From positions 160,001 through 224,000 of the forward strand of contig JAEOUA010000011.1 of the NCBI GenBank assembly GCA_016839555.1: DNA of 64,000 nt. The letters run 5' to 3'. This document shows positions 29,528 to 38,270 of the stretch, one piece after another. This DNA comes from Promethearchaeota archaeon. GTDB lineage: Archaea > Asgardarchaeota > Lokiarchaeia > Sigyniarchaeales > SOKP01. Below the pieces are notes generated by a model. That model saw only the letters and a program-made list of their open reading frames with translations. It was not told the DNA's origin and made no database searches. Position 1 is the stretch's first letter. Each line of letters opens with the position of its first letter. Position numbers and translations under genes: made by a program.

Positions 29528-30181
29528 TTATTCAACCTCTTTTTTTAATAATAAAAAGGTTTGCCCTCCTTTTTGCTGAGGATTATCTTTAATAACAAAT
29601 CCAGTAAAATTATTATTGATAAATGAAGTAAGATAAAGTTTTAATTCTTTTTGATTATATGGATAAAATTCAATCACAGCACGTCCTTTTTGCTTTAAAA
29701 TTAAAAATATTTGTCGAGCTGTTTCATCTAATACTTTTCTCATACTTTTTAAATCAGTCTTTTTATATGTTATAAAATTATATGCCGAGATAGAAATAAT
29801 AAAGTCGATTTTTTGAGGTTTTATAGGGAGATTGATTATACTAGCTAAGATGAGTTCCTCTCGAGTTTTATAATTAGATTTATTTCTCTTTTGGGATGCG
29901 ATTATCAACATATCTTTTAAGACATCAATTCCCACTACATTAAATCCGAGATTTAATAATTCATTGGTTGAGAAACTGGTTCCACAACCTAAATCCAATA
30001 TAAGATAATCTGAAAACTCTAATTTTTCATACTCTCCTAATTTTGGATCAAATAAATATTCAACACATCTTAGCGTAGTTGTTCTCTGATTCCTTTCCAT
30101 CCATGTTAAATTATTATATTCAATTGCCTTTTCTCCAGTGTAATCATCTGGAAAACGTGGCAGAGAATGTTTTCGTGTCAT
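29528..30181 (-). CDS. Bud23/WBSCR22-like SAM-dependent (rRNA m7G) methyltransferase
   Basis: Y...A..Y......Q...TLR..E.L; ILDLGCGT; DFIISISA; AVIEFYP.N; FTG..KDNP...FLLL, all collinear with yeast Bud23. ATG at 30181 (the track starts at TTG 30196). Confidence 0.8.
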   Translation of the reverse strand: MTRKHSLPRFPDDYTGEKAIEYNNLTWMERNQRTTTLRCVEYLFDPKLGEYEKLEFSDYLILDLGCGTSFSTNELLNLGFNVVGIDVLKDMLIIASQKRNKSNYKTREELILASIINLPIKPQKIDFIISISAYNFITYKKTDLKSMRKVLDETARQIFLILKQKGRAVIEFYPYNQKELKLYLTSFINNNFTGFVIKDNPQQKGGQTFLLLKKEVE

Positions 30182-30430
30182 GCTATAATATTCCAAAACA
30201 ATTTTTAATTTCGTATTCTAAGTAAAAAGCTTTTTATCATTAAACAAAATTATTTAAATAAATTAATTTTTATAAAATTTGTATAGAGAAACAAGTATAT
30301 ATTACAAATATTTCGTGTTATTGCTAATAACAATTCTATAAAATACAAAATTATATAAAGGTAGATTTGTTAAAGATTTTACGTAGAGATTTTGAATTAA
30401 GTTTACATTTTAAAGAGAAATCATTTTTTA

Positions 30431-30820
30431 ATGATCAAAATGGCAGAAAAAGAAAAAGTTATATTAGTTGTTGACGATGAACCTGACATACTAAATCTTA
30501 CTAAGAAATTTTTGGATTTAGGAAATTATAAAACCATTACGTGTAGTAATGGAAAAGAAGCTATGAAAATCATAGCAGAAAAGTATAATGTGATCGATCT
30601 CATTTTATTGGATATTATGATGCCTGGTCGTGATGGATACTCCATTTTAGAGGAAATAAAGACCAATGAAGATTATAAAGATATTATTGTCGTCCTTTTC
30701 ACCGTTAAGAGCTTCAACGAGGACATTCAAAAAGGAAAACGATTAGGAGCTGATTTTTACATTACTAAGCCTTTTTCGGGAAAAGAACTTTTAAAAAAAA
30801 TAGATGAAATATTAGCATAA
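30431..30820 (+). CDS. Stand-alone response regulator receiver (CheY-like)
   Basis: ILVVDDE, LILLDIMMP, FT and YITKPF. Confidence 0.93.
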   Translation: MIKMAEKEKVILVVDDEPDILNLTKKFLDLGNYKTITCSNGKEAMKIIAEKYNVIDLILLDIMMPGRDGYSILEEIKTNEDYKDIIVVLFTVKSFNEDIQKGKRLGADFYITKPFSGKELLKKIDEILA

Positions 30821-30975
30821 AAACATTGAGATTAAATTAGATGTGCTCTCTTAAATAATGAGAGTTTAGGGAAAGAAAAAGTCTAAAATTTTTAGGAAGA
30901 TGAAAAACCTTTTTCTCAACATCGCAAATTATCCTATTTATTATTTTTTTAGATTTTTATAAAAAGAAAGATGCA

Positions 30976-31098
30976 TTAAAATAAACCTGAGATAGCAGAA
31001 GCTATAAAAAGTAATCCAATAATAACAAAAATGAGAGCTATAATACCTAGGATTCCTAATAGAATAAGAAAGGCTGTTTCTGCTTTACTTGTTTTCAT
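30976..31098 (-). CDS. 40-aa single-pass membrane microprotein
   Basis: MKTSKAETAFLILLGILGIIALIFVIIGLLFIASAISGLF*, preceded by AAGGAG; below the ORF-track cut-off. Confidence 0.65.
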   Translation of the reverse strand: MKTSKAETAFLILLGILGIIALIFVIIGLLFIASAISGLF

Positions 31099-31231
31099 TA
31101 ATTTTCTCCTTATGGTAAATTTTTAAAAATTTACCCAATGGTTCTAAAGTTTTTTTTATTTTCTAATTTAAATAAATATATACTTATTATAATATATTAA
31201 AATTGGGAAAAAAGCAAAATAACTGAAAAAA

Positions 31232-31909
31232 TTGAAAAAGATAGTAGTTTTTGCTCCTCACCCAGACGACGAGCTTATAGGAGCTGGGGGGAGCATCTTA
31301 AAATGGATGGATGAAGGATATGAAACTCATATAATTTATATCTCAGACGGAAGAGCTGGATATACATACGAAAGAAAAAATAAAAATTTAATTGAAAATG
31401 AGGAAACAAATGTATCAGAAGAAGAATTAGCACAAATTAGAATGAATGAAATTGATAAGATAATAAAATTCTTGGAAATTCCAAAAAACAATATTCACAA
31501 GTTTAAAATCCCTGATCAAAAAGTCCGAGAGTTTATGCAATCAGGTATTGAGCAAAGTAAAAAAATTATAAAAGATGCGGATCGATTAGTAATTCCAAGT
31601 AATAATAATCCTCACGTGGATCATCAAGCGACTTTCGATATCGCAACTAAAGCAGCTAAAGAATTAAATTTGCAGCACAATGAATTTTATGTTTATGCTG
31701 TTTATTTGAATATTAAAGCCCCAAAAAACCATAAAATAAAAATTGACATAAAAAATTATAATAAAAAGGTTTATGAAGCACTCCAGCTTTATAAATCGCA
31801 AAGATTTATCAAAACGGTAAAAGCTGCATTTGAAAATAAAAAGAAACAAAAATGGGAACACTTTGGAGTTTTTTCCCTCAGGGATCTTGGAAAATTTTAC
31901 AATTTTTAA
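31232..31909 (+). CDS. PIG-L/LmbE family deacetylase
   Basis: FAPHPDDE..GAGG, SDG, HVDH and YKSQ. Confidence 0.92.
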   Translation: MKKIVVFAPHPDDELIGAGGSILKWMDEGYETHIIYISDGRAGYTYERKNKNLIENEETNVSEEELAQIRMNEIDKIIKFLEIPKNNIHKFKIPDQKVREFMQSGIEQSKKIIKDADRLVIPSNNNPHVDHQATFDIATKAAKELNLQHNEFYVYAVYLNIKAPKNHKIKIDIKNYNKKVYEALQLYKSQRFIKTVKAAFENKKKQKWEHFGVFSLRDLGKFYNF

Positions 31910-32086
31910 GGAATTTAGAATAGAACATTCTGTTTTTGTTTAATAAAAAGTCTAATTTGATATGGAAATAGATTCTTGCTTTCTATTAAGATAAATAAGC
32001 AAAATAAAAATTTTTCAATTAAGATTAATTAAAATCCCTAATAATACATCTGGTTTAATAAATAATTAACAAAATTAAATGTAAAA

Positions 32087-33448
32087 ATGGATTTAACCAA
32101 AATTATATCTGGGATTAATTCAAAAAAATTAATTATTTCGGTATTTGGCTTAGGTAGGATTGGGTTACCTACAGCATTAATGTTTACAAGAGCGGGATAC
32201 AATGTTATAGGAGTTGATATTGATAAAGATTTATTAAATGATTTGAAAAAGAAAAAAACTTTCATAGACGAACCAGGATTGCTAGATTTATTAAATAAAG
32301 CGATTCAAAAGAATTTAATAGAATTCAGTTCAGATTTTGAATATGCTGTAAAGAAGGCTAATATATTGATTATCTGCGTACCCACTCCTATTAGTGAAAA
32401 TAAAGTACCTGATTATAGCGCCATTAAAGATATTTCCGATAAAATTGGAAATTCTCTTACTCAAGGGCAAATAATAATATGTGAAAGTTCGGTTAGTCCA
32501 ACTACAATTAGAGATTTAATTATACCTATAATTGAAAAGAAGAGTGAGTTAAAGTTAAATAAGGATTTCGGAGTGTGTTCATGCCCAGAAAGAGCTGATC
32601 CAGGGAAAATTGTCGATAATTTTGATAAAGTTACACGAATAGTTGGGGGCTCTTCTTATAAAATCGGTAAAGTTATTATAGAATTATATGAATCAATCAC
32701 CAATGCAAATATAATTCAACTTAGCACTCCTGGTACTGCTAATGCTGTGAAATTAACGGAAAATATTTTTAGAGATGTAAATATAGCTTTAATTAATGAA
32801 TTGGCTGTTTTATATGAAAAATTAGGAATAGATGTTAAAGAAGTGATTAAAGGAGCATCCACAAAATATAATTTCCAGCCACATTATCCAGGACCGGGTG
32901 TTGGCGGTCCTTGTCTCCCTGCAAATCCGTATTATATTATCCAAGACGCAGATAAAATGGATTATATACCCTTTCTTATTCGCGTAGCTCGTGAAGTGAA
33001 TGATCGTATGCCAGCTTATACCTTAGATTTAATAACAGACGCTCTTAACTATGTAGGAAAAAGTGTTAAAGGAACTCGGATAACCGTTTTGGGGCTTTCA
33101 TATAAAGCAGATATTAAGGATATTCAAATTTCTCCATCTCTAAAGGTCGCACATTTATTGAAGGAAAAGAATGCTTCTATTCAAGTATGGGACCCATATT
33201 ATAAAGGTAAAATTATTAAAGATATAAAAATTTTAGATTCATTTCAAGAAGCCTTAAAGGAAACTGAATGTATTGTTCTCCTAACAGATCATAAAGAATT
33301 TAGGGACATCAATTTTCAACACATTATGAAAATCAAAAATGAAGATAGTCCCTTAGTGTTAGTGGATAGTAGGAACATTTATGATCCAGATAATCTCCCT
33401 AAGGGAATAGTCTATTGTGGAATTGGGCGAAAGATACTAGAAACCTAA
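32087..33448 (+). CDS. Nucleotide-sugar dehydrogenase (WecC/WbpA-like)
   Basis: GLGRIGLP, CVPTP, CPER, KLTENIFRDVNIALINE, GVGGPCL and GLSYK. Confidence 0.92.
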   Translation: MDLTKIISGINSKKLIISVFGLGRIGLPTALMFTRAGYNVIGVDIDKDLLNDLKKKKTFIDEPGLLDLLNKAIQKNLIEFSSDFEYAVKKANILIICVPTPISENKVPDYSAIKDISDKIGNSLTQGQIIICESSVSPTTIRDLIIPIIEKKSELKLNKDFGVCSCPERADPGKIVDNFDKVTRIVGGSSYKIGKVIIELYESITNANIIQLSTPGTANAVKLTENIFRDVNIALINELAVLYEKLGIDVKEVIKGASTKYNFQPHYPGPGVGGPCLPANPYYIIQDADKMDYIPFLIRVAREVNDRMPAYTLDLITDALNYVGKSVKGTRITVLGLSYKADIKDIQISPSLKVAHLLKEKNASIQVWDPYYKGKIIKDIKILDSFQEALKETECIVLLTDHKEFRDINFQHIMKIKNEDSPLVLVDSRNIYDPDNLPKGIVYCGIGRKILET

Positions 33449-33589
33449 TTTTTTATTTTTTAAAAGTTAAACCTTCATAGAATTCAAATAAAGTTTTTTA
33501 ATAAGAGATTTTTTCTAAAATTATTTCAAGAAATAAAAATTTAAATGGTTTAGGAAAAAAATAATAAGTTTTTTATATAAAATACTAAA

Positions 33590-34972
33590 ATGATGACCGA
33601 GCAAAAAAAGAAGATAGTTGTAATTGGGATGGGCTATGTTGGAATACCGATGGCAGCCCTTTTAGCGGATGTGCCAAACTTTTATGTGATAGGGATTCAG
33701 AGAAAATCTGAGAGAAGCGGATGGAAAATTGATTGGTTAAATGCTGGAAAAAATCCGTTTAAAGGAGAGGAACCTGGTTTAGATGAATTAATCGAAAAAG
33801 TGGTTCGTAATAAAAAATTTCATGTCACTGATAAATATGATAATTTAGATGATGCAGAATATGTTCTTATTGATGTGCAAACACCCATTGATTTATATAC
33901 AAAGGTCCCTCGATATGAATCACTTATCGAAGTGTCCGAAAAAACGGCTAGACATATGAAGAAAGGAGTTACAATTATTATTGAATCCACAGTAGCTCCT
34001 GGCACAACGGATAATATTATTCAACCTCTTTTAGAGGATGTAAGTGGATTAAAACGGAAAAAGGATTTTTATCTTGTCTTTTCTTTTGAAAGAGTGATGC
34101 CGGGCAAATTAATCGAATATATTACAGATTTTCCACGCGTTATTGGAGGAGGCTGCTATGAAGCAAACCAAAAAGCAAAATATCTTTATGGAAAAGTGGT
34201 TAAAAAAGAACTACAAGTGACAGATACACTCACCGCAGAATTAACTAAATGTATTGAAAACTCTTACAGAGATGTAAATATCGCATTTGCTAATGAGATG
34301 GCACTTTTATGCGAAGATTTTAATCGAGATATTTATAAGATTATAGAATTGATAAATTATCGCCATGATAGAATGATGCATTATCCCGGTTCTGGGGTTG
34401 GTGGCCATTGTTTAACTAAAGACCCCTATTTACTTTTATATGGACATGAAGCTTACTCTGAAAAAAATTATAAATCTCATATTAAACTTGTTCCTTTTAG
34501 TAGAGAACTTAACGATTTTATGCCAGTCCATATGGTAAGTTTGATGGAAGAAGCCTTGCAAGAAGCCAGAAAATTAGTCGATAATATCAAGGTAACCTTA
34601 ATGGGAGTCTCATATAAAGCCAATACAGATGATACCAGAAACACTCCCGCACAAGGTATCATAGAAACTTTGATGAAGAGATATCATTCCCATAATATTG
34701 TCTATATAGCTCATGATCCTTATGTAAAAGAAAGAGATTATGATCTTACGGTATTAACAGATGATTTTAATAAAGCTGTGGAGAATTCAGATGTTTTACT
34801 TTTTGCAACAAATCATAAACAATATTATAATATTGATTTAGACGCTTTAAAAGAAGCTATGAGAACACCGATAATTATAGATGGTCGAAATATTTTTAAT
34901 AAGAACTTAGTTGAGGAAAAAGGATTTATATATAGAAAGGTGGGAGAAGGCCCAAAAAATCATAGTTTTTAG
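33590..34972 (+). CDS. Nucleotide-sugar dehydrogenase (WecC-like, second paralog)
   Basis: GMGYVGIP, ESTVAPGTT, ERVMPG, ENSYRDVNIAFANE, GVGGHCL and DDTRNTP. Confidence 0.92.
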   Translation: MMTEQKKKIVVIGMGYVGIPMAALLADVPNFYVIGIQRKSERSGWKIDWLNAGKNPFKGEEPGLDELIEKVVRNKKFHVTDKYDNLDDAEYVLIDVQTPIDLYTKVPRYESLIEVSEKTARHMKKGVTIIIESTVAPGTTDNIIQPLLEDVSGLKRKKDFYLVFSFERVMPGKLIEYITDFPRVIGGGCYEANQKAKYLYGKVVKKELQVTDTLTAELTKCIENSYRDVNIAFANEMALLCEDFNRDIYKIIELINYRHDRMMHYPGSGVGGHCLTKDPYLLLYGHEAYSEKNYKSHIKLVPFSRELNDFMPVHMVSLMEEALQEARKLVDNIKVTLMGVSYKANTDDTRNTPAQGIIETLMKRYHSHNIVYIAHDPYVKERDYDLTVLTDDFNKAVENSDVLLFATNHKQYYNIDLDALKEAMRTPIIIDGRNIFNKNLVEEKGFIYRKVGEGPKNHSF

Positions 34973-35057
34973 GTTTAGGATTTATGAATAGATATTCAAA
35001 AAAACTTTTATTTGAAGAAAAACTATAAAAACTATAAAAATAAGGAAAGTGATTCTT

Positions 35058-35462
35058 ATGAAAATCGCAATCAGTACGGATAATGGTCGTGTATGTGCGC
35101 ACTTCGGCAGAGCGCCGGCATTCACATTTGTCACCATTGAAAATAATGAAGTTGTTGACAAGGAAGTGCTTCCAAATCCTGGACATACCGTCGGTAATAT
35201 TCCAGAATTTGTACATAGAAATAAAGCCACATATATGATTGCTGGAGGAATGGGGGGAAGAGCAGTAAGTTTTTTTAATAAATATGGCATAGAGGTTATA
35301 GTTGGTGTTCAAGGCACCATTGATGAAGTAATTCAAAAGATCATTGATGGTACTTTAGAAGGGGGAGAGAGTCTCTGCGCACCAGGTGGGGGAAAGGGAT
35401 ATGGTGTAGATAAGATCCATACAGAAGCAGATGATGAATATCATCACCATCACCAACAATAA
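35058..35462 (+). CDS. NifB/NifX-family metal-cofactor binding protein with a His-rich tail
   Basis: MKIAIST..GRVCAHFGRAPAF, IAGGMGGRA; ends YHHHHQQ. Confidence 0.88.
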   Translation: MKIAISTDNGRVCAHFGRAPAFTFVTIENNEVVDKEVLPNPGHTVGNIPEFVHRNKATYMIAGGMGGRAVSFFNKYGIEVIVGVQGTIDEVIQKIIDGTLEGGESLCAPGGGKGYGVDKIHTEADDEYHHHHQQ

Positions 35463-35622
35463 AAATTTTTTGTTTAAATTCTTTTATTTTTGAAATATTT
35501 TAATATTTAGAAAAATTTAATTTGTTCAAATTGCTATTTCTGAATAATTGCTTTTGAATTGTAAAAAAACGGGATTATACTTTTTAAAAGAATATTATTC
35601 CGTATTAATTCTACAAATAAAT

Positions 35623-35976
35623 ATGTTGGGAATAAAAGATCTTAAAGAAGAACTTACTGAAATGAATGCTGAAATGAAGGCGGTGCGCGAACAATTAGAA
35701 AAACTTTCAGAGCAAGTGGGCTCGGTTAGTGAGCATATAACTTCCTCCATGGATAAAATATCAAATACATTAGAAGAAACTAATGAAACTATCAGAAATT
35801 CTTTAAACTTAACCTCAGAAACTATCAATAACATGAGTATTAATTTTTCTAAGGCGCTTGAAAATGCACTGGAGAAAATGGCTAATTTCAAAGTCCAAAT
35901 GGACATTAGAGAAACGGTATTAAAATCTTTAGGACTAAAAGATATTATACCTCATTTTCTCAAAAAAGATAAGTAA
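35623..35976 (+). CDS. Small coiled-coil hypothetical protein
   Basis: Amphipathic helical repeats; the ATG at 35623 is preferred over TTG 35548. Confidence 0.6.
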   Translation: MLGIKDLKEELTEMNAEMKAVREQLEKLSEQVGSVSEHITSSMDKISNTLEETNETIRNSLNLTSETINNMSINFSKALENALEKMANFKVQMDIRETVLKSLGLKDIIPHFLKKDK

Positions 35977-36047
35977 GTCTTAAATTATTTGTATTTTTTG
36001 AAAATTCTTCAACAAAAAATTGAAACTTCTTAATTAAAATTGATATT

Positions 36048-36950
36048 TTATTTAAGTAAATTTATCAAGAGTGCTTTTTGTAAATGCAATCTATTTTCTG
36101 CTTGCTGGAACACAATAGATCGTTCAGAATCTAAGACTTGATCGGTTATTTCTATTCCACGATGAGCAGGAAGACAATGCATAATATACGGCATTTTTTT
36201 TGCATAACTTAAAAGCTTATTATTTATTTGATATGGTTTAAATACTTTTAATCTCTTTTTCGTTTCGTTTTCTTGCCCCATAGACACAAAGGTATCGGTA
36301 TAAACAATATCTGCTTCTTTTACAACTTCCTTGGGGTCATTTTTCAATGTTAATAAATGTTCTTTATTATTTTTTTTAACCCAATTGAGTACGTCTTTAT
36401 GGGGCTCATAGCCGGACGGTGTTGCAACACAAATAGGAAGTTCTACTTTCATACATCCTAAAATCAAGGAATTACATATATTATTGCCATCACCTACATA
36501 AGAGAGCGAAACACCGTCAAAAGTTCCAAATATTTCTCGAATTGTCATTAAATCAGAAAGAATTTGACAAGGATGATATTTATCTGAAAGACCATTAATA
36601 ACTGGAATATTTGCTGCTTTTCTCATAACTTCAAGAATTTTATGCTCATATACTCTCGCAACTATTAGATCGACATAGAAAGAGATACATTTTATCTCAT
36701 CGGGTAAGGCTCCAAGATGCAAATTGGTAGTAGTCCAATCCAAGTAGAGTGATGTTCCGCCTAATTGATATATCCCACTCTGAAATGAAATTCTTGTTCG
36801 AGTTGAAGTTTTCTGAAATAATAAGCCAATAATTTTGCGACGTAATTTTGATGAATAATCTTCTGGATTCTTTTTAATATTAAGAGCTAAGTTTAGTAGG
36901 TTATATATTTCATCTGTATTTAGATTTTTTATAGATAAAAGATCTCTCAT
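36048..36950 (-). CDS. argF: Ornithine carbamoyltransferase
   Basis: STRTR, HPCQILSD, YVGDGNN, YTDTFVSMGQE, HCLPAHRG and QAENRLH. Confidence 0.96.
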   Translation of the reverse strand: MRDLLSIKNLNTDEIYNLLNLALNIKKNPEDYSSKLRRKIIGLLFQKTSTRTRISFQSGIYQLGGTSLYLDWTTTNLHLGALPDEIKCISFYVDLIVARVYEHKILEVMRKAANIPVINGLSDKYHPCQILSDLMTIREIFGTFDGVSLSYVGDGNNICNSLILGCMKVELPICVATPSGYEPHKDVLNWVKKNNKEHLLTLKNDPKEVVKEADIVYTDTFVSMGQENETKKRLKVFKPYQINNKLLSYAKKMPYIMHCLPAHRGIEITDQVLDSERSIVFQQAENRLHLQKALLINLLK

Positions 36951-37012
36951 AATAATTAGTTTCTTTTATTAAATTGCTTTTATACATTAGGTTTATCTAA
37001 TAAAATCCTCTT

Positions 37013-37219
37013 CTATAAATTTTTTGCTTGAGTTGCTTTCTCTTGATATTTTTTTAATATAAAATATAAAATAACGAGTGAAATACTATATATAATCAAA
37101 ATTATTATCCAGAAAATTAGTTCATCCTTATTTTCATTTAAAACAGCCATTATAATTTTATAAATAAAATAGATACAAAATAAAGATAATAAGGTAATTT
37201 TATTTCCAATATTTTTCAT
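37013..37219 (-). CDS. Small two-TM membrane protein
   Basis: 68 aa with two hydrophobic helices. Confidence 0.55.
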   Translation of the reverse strand: MKNIGNKITLLSLFCIYFIYKIIMAVLNENKDELIFWIIILIIYSISLVILYFILKKYQEKATQAKNL

Positions 37220-37222
37220 TGC

Positions 37223-37250
37223 TTTTTATGAAATTATTTTTATGAAATTA
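37223..37250. repeat. 14-bp tandem direct repeat (TTTTTATGAAATTA x2)
   Basis: Exact duplication in the divergent intergenic region. Confidence 0.6.
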
Positions 37251-37290
37251 TTATTATATATAATATTAAATATTAAATTCAATTAAAATT

Positions 37291-37491
37291 ATGATAAACA
37301 AATGTTATATTTGCAAAAAAGAACTCTCTAAAAAAGAACTCTCCTCTACCCACTATTGCCTCTGCGATGCGACAATTTGTAGCGATTGTATTGAAACAGT
37401 AATGATTAATGAGAATTATTGGAAATGCCCAAAATGCGGTGAAAAAAATAATATTGGAAAAACTAAATTATTCAGAGAGAAAAAAGAATAA
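37291..37491 (+). CDS. Stand-alone C4C4 RING-finger protein (Not4-type spacing)
   Basis: C-x2-C-x14-C-x-C-x4-C-x2-C-x12-C-x2-C in 66 aa. Confidence 0.75.
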   Translation: MINKCYICKKELSKKELSSTHYCLCDATICSDCIETVMINENYWKCPKCGEKNNIGKTKLFREKKE

Positions 37492-37535
37492 AATTCATGA
37501 TCACTTCGCTTAATTAGAGATTAATAATTGAAGAG

Positions 37536-37603
37536 TTGCCAATGATGAAAACACTACGGAAATGATCTTAAAATGATCTAACAATTGAGGAAGTCTGAGG
37601 CGA
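37536..37603 (+). ncRNA. Box C/D guide sRNA
   Basis: Box C ATGATGA 37542-48, D' ATGA 37562-65, C' ATGATCT 37573-79, box D CTGA 37595-98; terminal stem TTGCC/GGCGA; guides of 13 and 15 nt; intergenic. Confidence 0.75.
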
Positions 37604-37763
37604 TAATCTTTTAATAAAGGAAGTTTTAAAACTTTATTAGGAGTTTTTGTCATTACGATTATAATAAATTATGTAAAATCAAAATTGTTTTTAAGAAAAA
37701 GTTAAAATCTAATGAAATAAATTCTTATATAATTAAAAAAGAGAATAATTGAATTGATGATAT

Positions 37764-38237
37764 GTGTCTTCAAATTTAATTTCTAAAGTTGTTGAAATTA
37801 ATTGTCCCAAAGAGGAATTATTAAGAGCTATATATACTCCAGAAATTTGGGAGGAAATAAGTCCAGTTAAAAGGATTAGTATCGAATTTACTGCTCCAAA
37901 TGTATTTTATAGTGAAATCTATGATGAAGTTGATATAATTAAAATACCGATTGAGATGAGTGGCGAATTGGTCATGATCGATAAAGGAGAGGATCTTGAT
38001 AAAGGTAATTTGATAGAATTGAATGTAAGAAATAATAAGGATGTGGAAAAATTAGAAGCACGATTACGAATAAAATCACTTGGTCCGAATCTCTCAAAAG
38101 TGGGAGTGTTTATTCATACCTTTAAATTAACTAGTGATTTTCTAAATTTATTAGGGGGAGCAAGCGATTTAATTTTGAGAAATAAATTAGCAGCAATTTT
38201 AAGAAATCTTCAGAAGTATTATAAAAATCGAGTTTAA
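37764..38237 (+). CDS. Hypothetical protein, SRPBCC/START-like fold
   Basis: VEINCPKEELLRAIYTPEIWEEISP start, then beta strands and a long C-terminal helix. Confidence 0.5.
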   Translation: MSSNLISKVVEINCPKEELLRAIYTPEIWEEISPVKRISIEFTAPNVFYSEIYDEVDIIKIPIEMSGELVMIDKGEDLDKGNLIELNVRNNKDVEKLEARLRIKSLGPNLSKVGVFIHTFKLTSDFLNLLGGASDLILRNKLAAILRNLQKYYKNRV

Positions 38238-38270
38238 AAATTATTTAAAAAATAACTTATTAAGAAAAAG

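Noticed and set aside
30864-30886. CTCTC-N9-GAGAG hairpin after the receiver gene as an ncRNA or terminator
   Set aside because: Only a 5-6 bp stem, with no other supporting motif.
35058-35462. Nitrogen fixation inferred from NifX-like domains
   Set aside because: This family is widespread in non-diazotrophic archaea, and no nif structural genes are present.
35623-35976. SNARE-like protein
   Set aside because: Coiled coil only; no C-terminal TM anchor and no identifiable zero-layer pattern.
37495-37603. SECIS element (several ATGA motifs downstream of a Cys-rich gene)
   Set aside because: The upstream gene ends in TAA with no in-frame TGA, and the motif layout fits a box C/D RNA much better.
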